From Deltaproteobacteria bacterium (GTDB lineage: Bacteria > Myxococcota_A > UBA9160 > UBA4427), in NCBI GenBank assembly GCA_019310385.1, contig JAFDEK010000014.1:833-64832 (forward strand): DNA of 64,000 nt, in the 5' to 3' direction. Position numbers and translations under genes: made by a program. Each line of letters begins with the position of its first letter. Within the stretch, counting starts at the first letter, position 1. Below are positions 18,482-28,550 of this stretch, piece after piece. The notes under the pieces were generated by a model. It worked only from the letters and a program-made list of their open reading frames with translations, was not told the DNA's origin and searched no databases.

Positions 18482-18505
18482 CGGTCCGCGGCTAGCCGCT
18501 GTCCG

Positions 18506-20527
18506 CTATGGAGCCGCGGAGCCTGGTGGCGGAGTCGTCGCCGCGGCGGCGCTCGGGTCGGGTGCCGCCGCTGGCTGGGACGGGACCTCGGAGGGCAGCG
18601 CGAGGTGCTCGTTCACCACGGGCTCTGGCATGGAGCTGCTTTCGTGGACGATGGGGGCGTGGACGATGGGGGACGTCGCCGGCGCCGGCTTGCTGGTGGA
18701 TGAGGCCGGCGCTTCGCCGAGGCTCGCGCCTGGCCGAGCGGGGCTGGCTCCGCCCACGCTGTCGGCCTGCTGGGCGGGCGTGCTCTGAGGTGGGTCGACG
18801 GGCTGCACCGGCACTGGCTTCGCCGCTGAGCGGGCTGCGGTCGGGGCCGACTCGCTCGACGGGCCGCCCGCGGCGGCTCCGATCACCGCTCTCACATCCT
18901 CTGGCTTCACGGCCTGCAGCGGCGACCTCTGCGGCTCGGGCTGAATCGGCGCGGCGTTCGCGACCTCCGCCGCCTCGGCGAGAGGCAGCGTCGGAAGATC
19001 CTCCGGCAGCGCCGCCGGCGCCTCGTCAATGGCGTCGAGCACCGCAGCCACGCTGCCGGGTCTGGCCGTTCCCGCGCTGTTGGGCCTGGCCGTTGCGGCG
19101 TCGCTGGGCGCGGGCGGTCGAGCGAGCTGCAGGGTCTCGCGGGCCTGCTCGGGGAGGAGAGTGTGGATGAAATCCGTCGGGTCACCCTGACGCAGGTATC
19201 CGGCGCCGGCCAGGGCAGCGAGCAGGAGCAGCAGCAGCCGCGTGTGATCTCGTCTTGCTGGCTTCCTCCGGCTGCGACTGCTCCCGGCGGCAGGTGCGGG
19301 CCGGTGCGTGCGGATACCCGAAGCGGGAACGCTGCCTCGCCCGGGGGAGTTGGCATTTCCCAGGTCGCTCTCGTCGGCCAGCTCGAGGGAGGAGTGGGTC
19401 GCCGATGCCTGGGGCGTGACGAAGGGTTCGTTGCTCAGCTCGAGCTTGGAGCTCGCGCTCCCTGCGCCCGCTTTGGCGAAGGGGTTGTCGGCCAGCTCGA
19501 GCTGCGAGGGGTCGGGAGGCGGTGCGGGCGGGGGCCGCGGCTCGCTCCGGGGTGCGGGTGCATCGGCGCGGGGCTCGTGGGTCGGACGGCGGGTCTCCCT
19601 GCGCGCGCTCTCGACGTAGGGGGTGGCGTCGAGCAGGGACTGGGCGGAGAGGCCGCTCTGTCCGCTCAGGCTGCCGCTCATGTTCATGCTGGGCGAGCTC
19701 TCCTCGAAGCTCATGTCGTCCAAGGGAGGTAGGGCCGCTGCGATCGTTTCGTCGAAGAGCTCCTCGACCAGCTCCGAGCCGATGGCCGCGAGGCCCCGGG
19801 AACTCGCCTCGCCGAGAGCCCTCTCACACAGGTCGTTCACCGCGCTGGGGACGCCGCCGGTGAGGCGGTGGATGGCGAGGCAGGCCTGGGGACTGAAGAG
19901 GTCGCCGCCCGGCCAACCCGCCTTCTGCAGACGCTTCTCGATGTAGTGGTGAATGCCCTGGGCGGGGATCGGCGCGAAGCGCAGCTGCAGGGTCGTGAGC
20001 TGATCGAGCCACCAGAGCAGCGGGATGTCGGCTCCGGCCGGAGCGGCCTCGAGATTCGCGAAGAGAACGCAGTGGAGCAGCTGGCGGTCGTCGTCGTCCT
20101 GATAACGCATCAGGGTGTCGAGGTGTTCCAGGGCTTCTCGGCTGAGGCGCTCGGCCTGATCGATGGCGATGATCAGGTAGCGGTGGTCGCCCCGGGCGGC
20201 CAACATGCTTCCACGCGAGAGTGATCCGCCCTCGAGGCCGAGCCTGCGGACGATGATGGTGCGGACCTCCGGCCATGGACGGTCGGGGTTCATGATCTGC
20301 ACCAGCTGCGCCGAGTCGCTGAGGAGCTTGGGGAGGGCGCGGCACAGGCTCGTCTTGCCCAGGCCCTCGCCGCCGCCTACGCAGATGCGTGGTGCTCCCT
20401 GCTCCAGGCCCTGCTTGATCTCCTGGAAGGCTTTGCGAAGGGCCTTGGTGCCGAGCACGACGCCGCCGCTTCCCTTGGCGTCGAAGGGCGACTTCTGGAG
20501 CTCGAAGAATTTGAGGTACGACTCCAT
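18506..20527 (-). CDS. ExeA/GspA-family AAA ATPase with TM helix and Pro/Ala-rich C-terminal region
   Basis: Y..FF.L.K.PF start, Walker A GGEGLGKT, YIEKRL..AG, TGGVP; Walker B reads IDQAE. Confidence 0.8.
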   Translation of the reverse strand: MESYLKFFELQKSPFDAKGSGGVVLGTKALRKAFQEIKQGLEQGAPRICVGGGEGLGKTSLCRALPKLLSDSAQLVQIMNPDRPWPEVRTIIVRRLGLEGGSLSRGSMLAARGDHRYLIIAIDQAERLSREALEHLDTLMRYQDDDDRQLLHCVLFANLEAAPAGADIPLLWWLDQLTTLQLRFAPIPAQGIHHYIEKRLQKAGWPGGDLFSPQACLAIHRLTGGVPSAVNDLCERALGEASSRGLAAIGSELVEELFDETIAAALPPLDDMSFEESSPSMNMSGSLSGQSGLSAQSLLDATPYVESARRETRRPTHEPRADAPAPRSEPRPPPAPPPDPSQLELADNPFAKAGAGSASSKLELSNEPFVTPQASATHSSLELADESDLGNANSPGRGSVPASGIRTHRPAPAAGSSRSRRKPARRDHTRLLLLLLAALAGAGYLRQGDPTDFIHTLLPEQARETLQLARPPAPSDAATARPNSAGTARPGSVAAVLDAIDEAPAALPEDLPTLPLAEAAEVANAAPIQPEPQRSPLQAVKPEDVRAVIGAAAGGPSSESAPTAARSAAKPVPVQPVDPPQSTPAQQADSVGGASPARPGASLGEAPASSTSKPAPATSPIVHAPIVHESSSMPEPVVNEHLALPSEVPSQPAAAPDPSAAAATTPPPGSAAP

Positions 20528-20666
20528 TGGACCCTGCTTCCGCCCTAGCTCGGCTCCCCGCGTATTCGGCATTCCCGCGGCTTTTCATAAGCAAATCCGG
20601 GCATTCAGGGCACGATCCCGCACGCAGCGCGCGGGGGCCGACCCAGGTAGGCTCCCGGGCTCTCGG

Positions 20667-20720
20667 GCGGCCGGGATGCGGGCCCTCAGTGTCGACTACC
20701 GCCTCGCTCCCGAGCACCCT
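20667..20720 (+). pseudogene. Relic of an HSL-family alpha/beta hydrolase (esterase)
   Basis: Intergenic frame reads AAGMRALSVDYRLAPEHP, the family signature; the rest of the gene is not visible. Confidence 0.6.
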
Positions 20721-20808
20721 TTGCGAGAGTGGTGCGACCATGGACAGCAACGCGGCGACACCTTGTTGAAGGATCAGGTCGCTCGAGGGCATCTGCTAGT
20801 TTCGCCCG

Positions 20809-22047
20809 ATGAATCTCGCTTCCCTGGCGCTTCAGGGCCTTCTGCTGATCCCCGTCGTCGTTGGAGCCGCCTACGCGTTGATCCGTCTCGGCGCGGTTGC
20901 GTGGTTCGCCCTTCGGCGACCCTGGCGCGAGCCCGGCGACGGCTCCGGGAGCCACTCCGTCGCTGATTCCGCGCAGAACGTCTCCTCCGAGGGCCCGTCC
21001 TCCCCCAACTCCTACGCGCCTCCGGTCACGCTCCTGAAACCGGTCTATGGTCTCGAGAAGAACCTCGAGGAGTGCCTGCGCAGCGCCTGCCTGCAGGACT
21101 ACCCCGAGTACCAGGTGCTGATCTCCTTGCAGCGGCCCGACGACCCCGCGCTGCCGCTGCTGCGCAAGCTCGAGACCGAGTTCGGCAGCGAGCGCGTCAC
21201 CATCACCATCGCCAAGGGGGAGCCGCGGGCCAACGGGAAGGTCTTCAACGTCTCCAACGCCATGCCCGAGGCGCGTCACGAGCTGCTGGTCCTCAGCGAC
21301 AGCGACGTGCGACTGCGGCCGAACTTCCTGCGCGTCATCGTGGCGCCTCTGCGCGACTCCGCGATCGGCTATGCGTGCACCATCTACCGCGGCCGCAACG
21401 CCCATAGCTGGCACGAGCGGGTCGAGCTGCTCTCGCTCCACGACCTCATGGCCAACGTGATCTTCGCCCATTCGACCGGCGCATCGGACTTCTGCCTGGG
21501 CTCGTCCATGGCCTTTCGGCGTTCGAGCCTCGACGCCATCGGTGGCTTCGAGCCCCTCGAGAATTACCTCGTCGAGGACTTCGAGATGGGGCGGCGCATC
21601 CAGGAGCTGGGGCTGGGCATCGCCCTCGTCGCCTACTCGGTCGACACCATGATCGATCTCGACAGCGTTCGCGATTGGTGGCGGCACCAGCTCTACCTCG
21701 AGCTCAACAATCGCATGGCGCGGCCCATCGGCTTCTTCGCCACCATCGTGATCCAGCCGCTCCCCTTCGCGCTCCTGCTCTGTCTGTACCGTCTCTTCGA
21801 CCCGCTCAGCCTCGGCATCCTGGTCGGTAGCATCCTCCTGCGGCTGGTGACCACCGGGCTGAGCATGCCGCTCATGGGCGAGCGCGAGGGTCTGCGCAAT
21901 CTGCTCTTCATGCCCCTGCGCGACCTCGCGGCCTCGGCGAGCTGGCTGCTGGCCCTGCGCATGAGCACCGTCACCTGGCGGGGCGTGGAGTTTCGCCTGG
22001 GCCGTGACGGGCGCATGGTTCCGCTCGTGCGGGACCGGAGCGGGTGA
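20809..22047 (+). CDS. HpnI-like / ceramide glucosyltransferase-type glycosyltransferase (GT2/GT21)
   Basis: LLKPVYGLE, NGKVFN, SDSDV, EDFEMG, VTWRG motifs; N- and C-terminal TM helices. Confidence 0.82.
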   Translation: MNLASLALQGLLLIPVVVGAAYALIRLGAVAWFALRRPWREPGDGSGSHSVADSAQNVSSEGPSSPNSYAPPVTLLKPVYGLEKNLEECLRSACLQDYPEYQVLISLQRPDDPALPLLRKLETEFGSERVTITIAKGEPRANGKVFNVSNAMPEARHELLVLSDSDVRLRPNFLRVIVAPLRDSAIGYACTIYRGRNAHSWHERVELLSLHDLMANVIFAHSTGASDFCLGSSMAFRRSSLDAIGGFEPLENYLVEDFEMGRRIQELGLGIALVAYSVDTMIDLDSVRDWWRHQLYLELNNRMARPIGFFATIVIQPLPFALLLCLYRLFDPLSLGILVGSILLRLVTTGLSMPLMGEREGLRNLLFMPLRDLAASASWLLALRMSTVTWRGVEFRLGRDGRMVPLVRDRSG

Positions 22048-22050
22048 CCG

Positions 22051-22533
22051 ATGTCCAAGAACGAGATGTCCAAGAACAGGACTTCCAGGAGCAGGGTCGT
22101 CCTGAGCAGCCTGATCGCTTTGAGTGTCGCGCTCGTGCCGGGCTGTTCGGACCCGTCGGCTCCCGAGCCCGAGAAGCTGCGCGAGACGGTGGAATCCATC
22201 GAGTGGCGTGCCCGCGCCAACGAACTCTACGAGCTGTTGCGGGTACGCGGTGAAGAGGCGCCGGGCGAGGTCAGCGACTGGGCCCAGGAGGACCTCGAGA
22301 GCATCGGGGCCTGGGAGTACAAGGTCGAGCCCTTCCCGCCCGGTGACCCCGCGGCCATCGAGGCGCGCATGAACGAGCTGGGTGCCGAGCGTTGGGAGTG
22401 CTTTTCGGTCACGCCGTCGCCCACCGGCCCCGTCCTGCTCTTCCGCCGCCCGGTGCGCAGCTACCTGGGCTCGATTCCGTTGATGGAGCTCCTGAGGCTC
22501 CTCGCTCTCGGCGGCGCCCTCTCGTCGGGCTAG
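22051..22533 (+). CDS. Lipoprotein with DUF4177-like domain
   Basis: Lipobox VPGC; WEYKV..MNELGAERWE..LFRR; N-terminal 15-bp tandem duplication gives two possible ATG starts. Confidence 0.65.
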   Translation: MSKNEMSKNRTSRSRVVLSSLIALSVALVPGCSDPSAPEPEKLRETVESIEWRARANELYELLRVRGEEAPGEVSDWAQEDLESIGAWEYKVEPFPPGDPAAIEARMNELGAERWECFSVTPSPTGPVLLFRRPVRSYLGSIPLMELLRLLALGGALSSG

Positions 22534-22605
22534 GAGCCCGACCCTGCAAGCTGCGCGCGCCCGCCGGCTGCGGATGCCGTGGCTTCTGTGCTACACCAAG
22601 GCGGT

Positions 22606-22620
22606 TGTAACGGCGTTACA
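22606..22620. promoter_or_regulatory. Probable TetR operator (7-1-7 palindrome)
   Basis: TGTAACG-G-CGTTACA about 100 bp upstream of the tetR start in an AT-richer patch. Confidence 0.65.
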
Positions 22621-22722
22621 TGAACTGCACGTCGTTAATCTGATTAGCCCAGAGGCGCTCCACGGCGGCGAAGCAGGCCCCGGCGGCGCTCATCCGCGTT
22701 GAAGTTCTCGGGTTCGGGTCCA

Positions 22723-23394
22723 ATGGGTCTCCAGGAAGCACAGCAGCGCCGCCTCCAGAATCGCTCGGAGGCGCGACGCGTCATCCTCGACTCGGTCGAA
22801 GCGCTCCTCGCCGAGGGGGGCTATCGGAACTTCTCCATGCGCAAGCTGGTCGAGCGTTGCGGCTACGCGGCGCCCACCATCTATCACTACTTCGGCGACA
22901 AGACGGGCCTGCTGCGCGAGCTCGTGGACGCCCGTTTTCGCGTGCTGGTGGGCGAGCTCGAGCGCGTGAGCCTGGGGCGCGATCCCGTCGAGAATGCCCG
23001 GGTCCTGGGCCGGGCATTCGTGGATTTCGGCCTGCGTCACTCGACCCACTATGGCCTGCTCTATCTCAGCCATCTCACATCGCTGTCGCCCGAAGGGCGG
23101 GCGCCGGATAGCGAAGTGGGCGAACAGTCCGAGGCCGCCGAGGAGGCGCGTCGCATCCTCGAGGCTCCCATGCTCGAAATCGACGCCCTCGGGCGGCTGC
23201 GGGGCATCGACCTTGAGACCGCCCGCCAGGCCATCTGGGCGCTGTGCCACGGCGTCATTTCGCTGCAAACGAGTCGTGCCGATCTCGAGTGGTCTCCAGA
23301 TCTCTTCGAGCAGGCCTTTGACGCCATGCTGTGCGGCCTCGTCGAGCCCGATCGGGCGACGGGCGCCAGGGCGCGCAAGGAGAAAGCAAGATGA
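22723..23394 (+). CDS. TetR/AcrR family transcriptional regulator
   Basis: HTH FSMRKLVERCGYAAPTIYHYFGDK; C-terminal W..CHG (WHG-like). Confidence 0.92.
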   Translation: MGLQEAQQRRLQNRSEARRVILDSVEALLAEGGYRNFSMRKLVERCGYAAPTIYHYFGDKTGLLRELVDARFRVLVGELERVSLGRDPVENARVLGRAFVDFGLRHSTHYGLLYLSHLTSLSPEGRAPDSEVGEQSEAAEEARRILEAPMLEIDALGRLRGIDLETARQAIWALCHGVISLQTSRADLEWSPDLFEQAFDAMLCGLVEPDRATGARARKEKAR

Positions 23395-24668
23395 AGCCGC
23401 GCTGCATCGTGGTCGGAGGCCCGGGCTCTGCGCGGAGCTTCGCAGCACTCGCCGAGCGCCTCGTGGCCACGGGCTCTTCGTTGGTCGCGGGCTCTTCGTT
23501 GGTCGCGGGCGCTTCATTGGTCGCGGGCGCTTTGTCGGCTGCGGGCGCTGTGTTGGCCGCTTCTTTTTTGTTGGCCGCAGGCGCTATCGGCTGCGGCCAG
23601 GAGCCGGAGCGCGCGACGGTGATCGAGGCGCCGCCGGTGATGATCACCTCGGTGGTGGCCCGGGATATCGTCGATCGCGTCGAGGCCACCGGGCAGCTCA
23701 CCGCCAAGGCCGAAGCGAGCATTGCCGCGCAGGTGCGCGGGCAGATCACCTCCATCGGCGCTCGCGAGGGAGAGGCCGTCGAGGCGGGACAGGTGGTTCT
23801 GGAGATCGATCCGGAGCGCCGGCAGCTGGAGCAGGCCAGCCAGAAGGCCAGGGTGGTCGAGGCCGAGGCGACCCTGGCCGAAAGCCAGCGGGAGCTCGCG
23901 AGGATCCGCAAGCTCCGCTCCAGCAACGCGGTGTCCGGCGCGCAGCTCGACGCCGCGGAGACCGCCTCCTCCCTGGCCGGGGCCCGCCTGGAAGCCGCGC
24001 GGGCCCAGCTCGGCCTCGCTCGACGTGCCCTGGGCGACTCGAGCGTCCAGGCTCCCTTCGCGGGGCTCATCGCCCGGCGCTACGTGAGTCCTGGCGAATT
24101 CGTGAGCCAGGGCCAGAAGCTCTTCGATCTCGTGGCCCTCGATCCCGTCGAGGTGGAATTCCATCTGGCCGAGGTGGATTCGAGCCTCGTCGAGCTCGGC
24201 GACCCGGTGGGCGTGCGGGTGGCACCCTTCCCCGACGAGGTCTTCCAGGCCACGGTCACGGTGATCGCCCCCACCATCGACTCGGCCACGCGCACCCTGC
24301 GCGTGAAGGCCGAGCTCCCGAATCCCGCTGGGCGTCTGCGGCCGGGGCTCTTCGCCCGGGCCGACCTCGGAGTGAGCGAGCGCAGCGGCGTGCCCATGGT
24401 GCCCGAGGACGTGATCCTCCAGCGCGCGGATGGCGCCGTGGCCTTTCGCATGGCGGACACTCGCAGCGTGCAGCGGGTGAACCTGCAGCTGGGAGTGCAC
24501 CGCGAGGGACTGGTCGAGGTCCGGGGAGGGCTCGTGGTCGGCGACCAGGTGGTGATTCGCGGTCAGACGGGCCTCATCGACGGCTCGGTGGTCTCCCTGC
24601 GCAACGCCGACGGCACCAGCGCCGCGGCGGGTGAAAGCGCTGCGGCGGGTGAAAGCGCCGCGCGATGA
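23391..24668 (+). CDS. RND efflux periplasmic adaptor subunit
   Basis: Lipoyl half-motifs, alpha-hairpin, APFAG, IDSATRT, LRPGLF; tandem repeats at both ends. Confidence 0.93.
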   Translation: MKPRCIVVGGPGSARSFAALAERLVATGSSLVAGSSLVAGASLVAGALSAAGAVLAASFLLAAGAIGCGQEPERATVIEAPPVMITSVVARDIVDRVEATGQLTAKAEASIAAQVRGQITSIGAREGEAVEAGQVVLEIDPERRQLEQASQKARVVEAEATLAESQRELARIRKLRSSNAVSGAQLDAAETASSLAGARLEAARAQLGLARRALGDSSVQAPFAGLIARRYVSPGEFVSQGQKLFDLVALDPVEVEFHLAEVDSSLVELGDPVGVRVAPFPDEVFQATVTVIAPTIDSATRTLRVKAELPNPAGRLRPGLFARADLGVSERSGVPMVPEDVILQRADGAVAFRMADTRSVQRVNLQLGVHREGLVEVRGGLVVGDQVVIRGQTGLIDGSVVSLRNADGTSAAAGESAAAGESAAR

Positions 24669-27600
24669 CACTTTCTGATGTCGCAATCCAGCGCCCCATC
24701 CTGACCTGGATGATGACCCTCGGGCTCATCGTCTTCGGGGTCCTGGGCTACAACCGACTCGGCGTCGACCAGTACCCCAACATGGAGTTTCCGGTCCTCG
24801 TGGTCACCGCCGCCCTTCCCGGCGCGGGGCCCGAAGGCATGGAGGAGGACGTCGTCGACGTCCTCGAGGAGTATCTCAACACCATCGCGGGCGTGCGCTC
24901 GATCCGCTCCACCAGCTACCAGGGGGCGGCGCAGATCGTGGTCGAGTTCCAGCTGGGCGTCGACCTCGACATCGCGGCCCAGGACGTGCGCGACAAGGTC
25001 GCCCAGGCGCGCATCGAGCTGCCCAGCGAGCTCGAGACGCCTGTGGTGGCGACCTTCAATCCCAACGACCAGCCCGTGCTCTGGATCCCCATGAATTTCC
25101 AGACCACCCAGGTCGAGGCCAGCGAGTACGTCAGGCGCCAGGTCAACCCCTACATGGAGACCATCCCAGGCGTCGCCGGGGTGGCGATGTTCGGGCGTGA
25201 GGATCGCAACATCCGCATCTGGCTGGACGGCGAGGCCCTGCGATCGCGGGGGCTGGCTGCGAGCGATGTGCTGGCCGCCATCGGCCGCGAGCACGTGGAG
25301 GTCCCCGGCGGCACCATCGAGAGCCGTCGGGTCGAGTACGCGGTGAAGACCGACGCCGAGTTCCGCACCATCGAGGAGCTCGAGGGCCTGGTGGTGACTC
25401 ACGCGGACGGCGCCCCGGTGCTGCTGCGTGACGTGGCCCGGGTGGAGGACGGCGCCCAGGACGTCGACATGATCGCCCGCTACAACGGCGCCAACGCCGT
25501 GGGCCTCGGCATTCGGAAGCAATCCGGCGGCAACACCGTGGGCATCGTGGACGATGTGTATGAACGTCTTGATCAGGTGAAGAAGATCCTGCCCGCCGGC
25601 CTCGAGTTCTACGACTCCGAGGGCTTCATCGACTTCTCCAAGGGTGTGCGCGAGGCCGTAGCGGAGACGAAGTTCGCCCTGGTCTTCGGCGCGCTCCTCG
25701 CCGTACTGACGGTCTTCGTGTTTCTGCGGCGCACGCGGCCGACCCTGATCGTGGCCGCGGCGATTCCCATCTCGCTCCTGGCGACCTTCGGTCTCGTCTG
25801 GCTCTTCGGCTTCACCCTCAACACCATGACGCTGCTCGGGATGACCCTTGCGGTGGGCGTGGTGATCGACGACGCAATCGTGGTGCTCGAGAACATCGAG
25901 CGGCATCGCGAGATGGGCGAGAACAACTTCGAGGCCGCCGCCAAGGGCACGCGGGAGATCGCCTTTGCGGCCACGTCAGCCACGATCTCGGTGGCGGCGG
26001 TATTCCTGCCGACCTTCTTCATCGAAGGACTCGTGGGCAGCTTCCTCGGTGAGTTCGGTCTCACGGTTGCGGGCTCGGTGATGATCTCACTCTTCGTCGC
26101 CCTGACCCTCACCCCCATGCTGGCTGCCCGCATGCCGCCGCCGAAGGCGCGGCGCCACGGCGGCTTCTACGATCGCCTCGAGCGCAGCTTCGTAGCGCTG
26201 GAGAACGGCTACCGCGCCGTTCTCGGCTGGTCCCTGGCCCATCGGGGCTTGACAGTGCTCTTCGCCGGATTCTCCCTGGGCCTGGCCTTCCTCTTCGGCT
26301 CCCGGCTCGAGGGGGAGTTCTTTCCGCCGGCCGACGAGGGCATCTTCTTCGCCCAGATCGAGGCGGCACCGGGCAGCTCCCTGGAGGCCACCCTCGAGTA
26401 TCTCGAGCAGGACGAGGGCTGGTTTCTCGCCCAGGAGGAGGTCGACGGGATCTTCTCGGCGGCGGGGATGGCGGGCGGCATGGACCTGCCGCGCACCAAC
26501 ATGGGGATGATCTTCGGCACCCTCAGCGAGCGCGCCAAACGCGAGCGCAGCGTCTTCGACCTCATGAGGGCCGCGCGGGAGCATCTGGGCCGGATTCCCG
26601 GACGCGCGATCCGCATCTTCAATCCTGGCGAGCTGATGTCGGGCGCGGGCGGCGGCTTCGAGGTGGAGATCCGCGGCAACATGCCGCTCTCCGAGCTCAA
26701 CCTGCTCGCCCAGCGCATGATCGTCGCCCTCGAAGAGCGAGGCGGCTTCGTGGACCTCGACTCGAGTCTGAAGCTGGGTCTGCCCGAGCTGCGGGTGGTG
26801 CCCGACCGCGAGAAGGCCGCGGCCCTGGGCGTCGACGCGCGCAGCATCGCGACGGCGATCCAGGTCATGGTCGGCGGCATGGACGTGGCGGTTTTCAAGG
26901 AGGCCGGGCGGCGCTACGACGTTCGCGTGCGACTCGAGGCGGAGGACCGCGACGATCCCGAGTCGATCCAGTCCCTCTACGTGCGCGCGAACGACGGTCG
27001 CAGTGTCGCGCTGCGCAACCTGGTGCGTATCGAGCGGGGCGCCGCGCCTTCGGAGATCACGCGCACCGACCGCCAGCGCAGCGCCAAGGTCAGCGCCAAC
27101 CTGGTGGGGAAGACCCTGGGCGAGGCCATCGTGGACGCGCGGGAGATCGCCGACGCGATCCTGCCGCCCCATGCGCGCCTGGCCCTCTCGGGCCAGGCCG
27201 AGGCCATGGAGGAGGGCGTAGAGCAGTTCGGTCTCGCCCTGGGCCTCGCAGTGCTGGTGATCTACATGGTGCTGGCCGCCCAGTTCGAGAGTCTGATCCA
27301 CCCCCTCACGGTGATGCTCGCGCTGCCCCTCGCCATGGTGGGGGCCCTGGGCGGGCTGCTGGCTCTGGGCCACACCCTGAACCTCTTCAGCCTGATCGGG
27401 ATCGTGCTGCTCTTCGGCCTGGTGACGAAGAACTCGATCCTCCTGGTCGACTACGCGAACCAGCTGCGCCGGGAACAGGGTATGGACAAGCGCGAGGCCA
27501 TGGCCATGGCCGCGCCGGTGCGCATGCGGCCGGTCCTCATGACCGCCATCTCGATGATCTTCGGCGTGCTGCCCGCCGCCCTGGGGCTCGGGCCCGGCGC

Positions 27601-27781
27601 CGAGAGTCGCGCTCCCATGGCGGTGGCGACTGCGGCGGGGATGTTCTCGTCGACCCTGCTGACCCTGCTCGTCGTTCCCGTCTTCTATCTGCTGATCGAC
27701 GACGCCGGGGACTTCGTCAAGCGCCTCTTCTCGCGTATCTTCGGGGCTCGGACCGACGAGGAGTCCACTTCGCTCTCCTGA
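24665..27781 (+). CDS. RND efflux permease (AcrB/HAE1-like)
   Basis: 1038 aa; proton-relay VIDDAIVVLENI, KNSILLVD, RMRPVLMT. Confidence 0.96.
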   Translation: MTLSDVAIQRPILTWMMTLGLIVFGVLGYNRLGVDQYPNMEFPVLVVTAALPGAGPEGMEEDVVDVLEEYLNTIAGVRSIRSTSYQGAAQIVVEFQLGVDLDIAAQDVRDKVAQARIELPSELETPVVATFNPNDQPVLWIPMNFQTTQVEASEYVRRQVNPYMETIPGVAGVAMFGREDRNIRIWLDGEALRSRGLAASDVLAAIGREHVEVPGGTIESRRVEYAVKTDAEFRTIEELEGLVVTHADGAPVLLRDVARVEDGAQDVDMIARYNGANAVGLGIRKQSGGNTVGIVDDVYERLDQVKKILPAGLEFYDSEGFIDFSKGVREAVAETKFALVFGALLAVLTVFVFLRRTRPTLIVAAAIPISLLATFGLVWLFGFTLNTMTLLGMTLAVGVVIDDAIVVLENIERHREMGENNFEAAAKGTREIAFAATSATISVAAVFLPTFFIEGLVGSFLGEFGLTVAGSVMISLFVALTLTPMLAARMPPPKARRHGGFYDRLERSFVALENGYRAVLGWSLAHRGLTVLFAGFSLGLAFLFGSRLEGEFFPPADEGIFFAQIEAAPGSSLEATLEYLEQDEGWFLAQEEVDGIFSAAGMAGGMDLPRTNMGMIFGTLSERAKRERSVFDLMRAAREHLGRIPGRAIRIFNPGELMSGAGGGFEVEIRGNMPLSELNLLAQRMIVALEERGGFVDLDSSLKLGLPELRVVPDREKAAALGVDARSIATAIQVMVGGMDVAVFKEAGRRYDVRVRLEAEDRDDPESIQSLYVRANDGRSVALRNLVRIERGAAPSEITRTDRQRSAKVSANLVGKTLGEAIVDAREIADAILPPHARLALSGQAEAMEEGVEQFGLALGLAVLVIYMVLAAQFESLIHPLTVMLALPLAMVGALGGLLALGHTLNLFSLIGIVLLFGLVTKNSILLVDYANQLRREQGMDKREAMAMAAPVRMRPVLMTAISMIFGVLPAALGLGPGAESRAPMAVATAAGMFSSTLLTLLVVPVFYLLIDDAGDFVKRLFSRIFGARTDEESTSLS

Positions 27782-27830
27782 GGGGAAGCGGAGGGGACGA
27801 TGAGCGGGACGTGGGGGTGGGAGGAAGAGC

Positions 27831-28493
27831 ATGCTCGGACGCATTGCCTCGCTGGCGCTGATCGTCGTGCTCGCGGGCGCCGGCTTCATGGGCTTTCGGC
27901 TGTTGGCCACGGGGCTCGAGGCGCGGGTCTACCGCGCACGCCTCGAGGAGCTGGGCGCGGACTATGACGCGCTGCGGGAGCAGTACAACCGGGCAGTTCG
28001 CAAGACCGCGGTCACGGAGCTCGTGGTCGAGGACGGAAAACTCGCCATTGCGATCCGCACCGGAGACGGCGCGCTCCAGCGCTTCGACACCCCCTTCGAT
28101 CCCAGCAAGGAGATCTACGTCGACTATGTGGTTGTGGGCGGCCGGCTGTGGATTCGTCGGATCTTCGACGAGGATACGGCGCCAGGCAGCGGCATGATGA
28201 TCGATCCCCGCTTCGTGGACGTCAACTGGAGCGACGAGGACGCGCACCACGGCAAGGCCGCCTACCGGGAGCTCGAGGAGGGCGTCTGGGTCGTGAGCGT
28301 CACCGGTGACGGCTCCCTGGGCCTCGCCCGGCGCGAGGAGGGCGAGACCGGCGATCTCGCCGCCGCGCCGCCCGTCCGCAGCTACGCGCCCGTGGAGGAG
28401 GAGGTGGAGGCGGCGCTGCGAGACATCGAGGCCGGTGAGCTGCTGCAGGGTCTCGCGCAGGCGCTGCGCCTCAGGGAGCACGCGGCTCGATAG
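27831..28493 (+). CDS. Hypothetical membrane-anchored protein (N-terminal TM plus coiled coil)
   Basis: GGAGG RBS, typical codon bias, no family recognised. Confidence 0.7.
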   Translation: MLGRIASLALIVVLAGAGFMGFRLLATGLEARVYRARLEELGADYDALREQYNRAVRKTAVTELVVEDGKLAIAIRTGDGALQRFDTPFDPSKEIYVDYVVVGGRLWIRRIFDEDTAPGSGMMIDPRFVDVNWSDEDAHHGKAAYRELEEGVWVVSVTGDGSLGLARREEGETGDLAAAPPVRSYAPVEEEVEAALRDIEAGELLQGLAQALRLREHAAR

Positions 28494-28550
28494 CGGCGCG
28501 CTGCAATCGGGCGGGTGGGCGACCATCGCCCTCGGATATACTCCGGCCCC

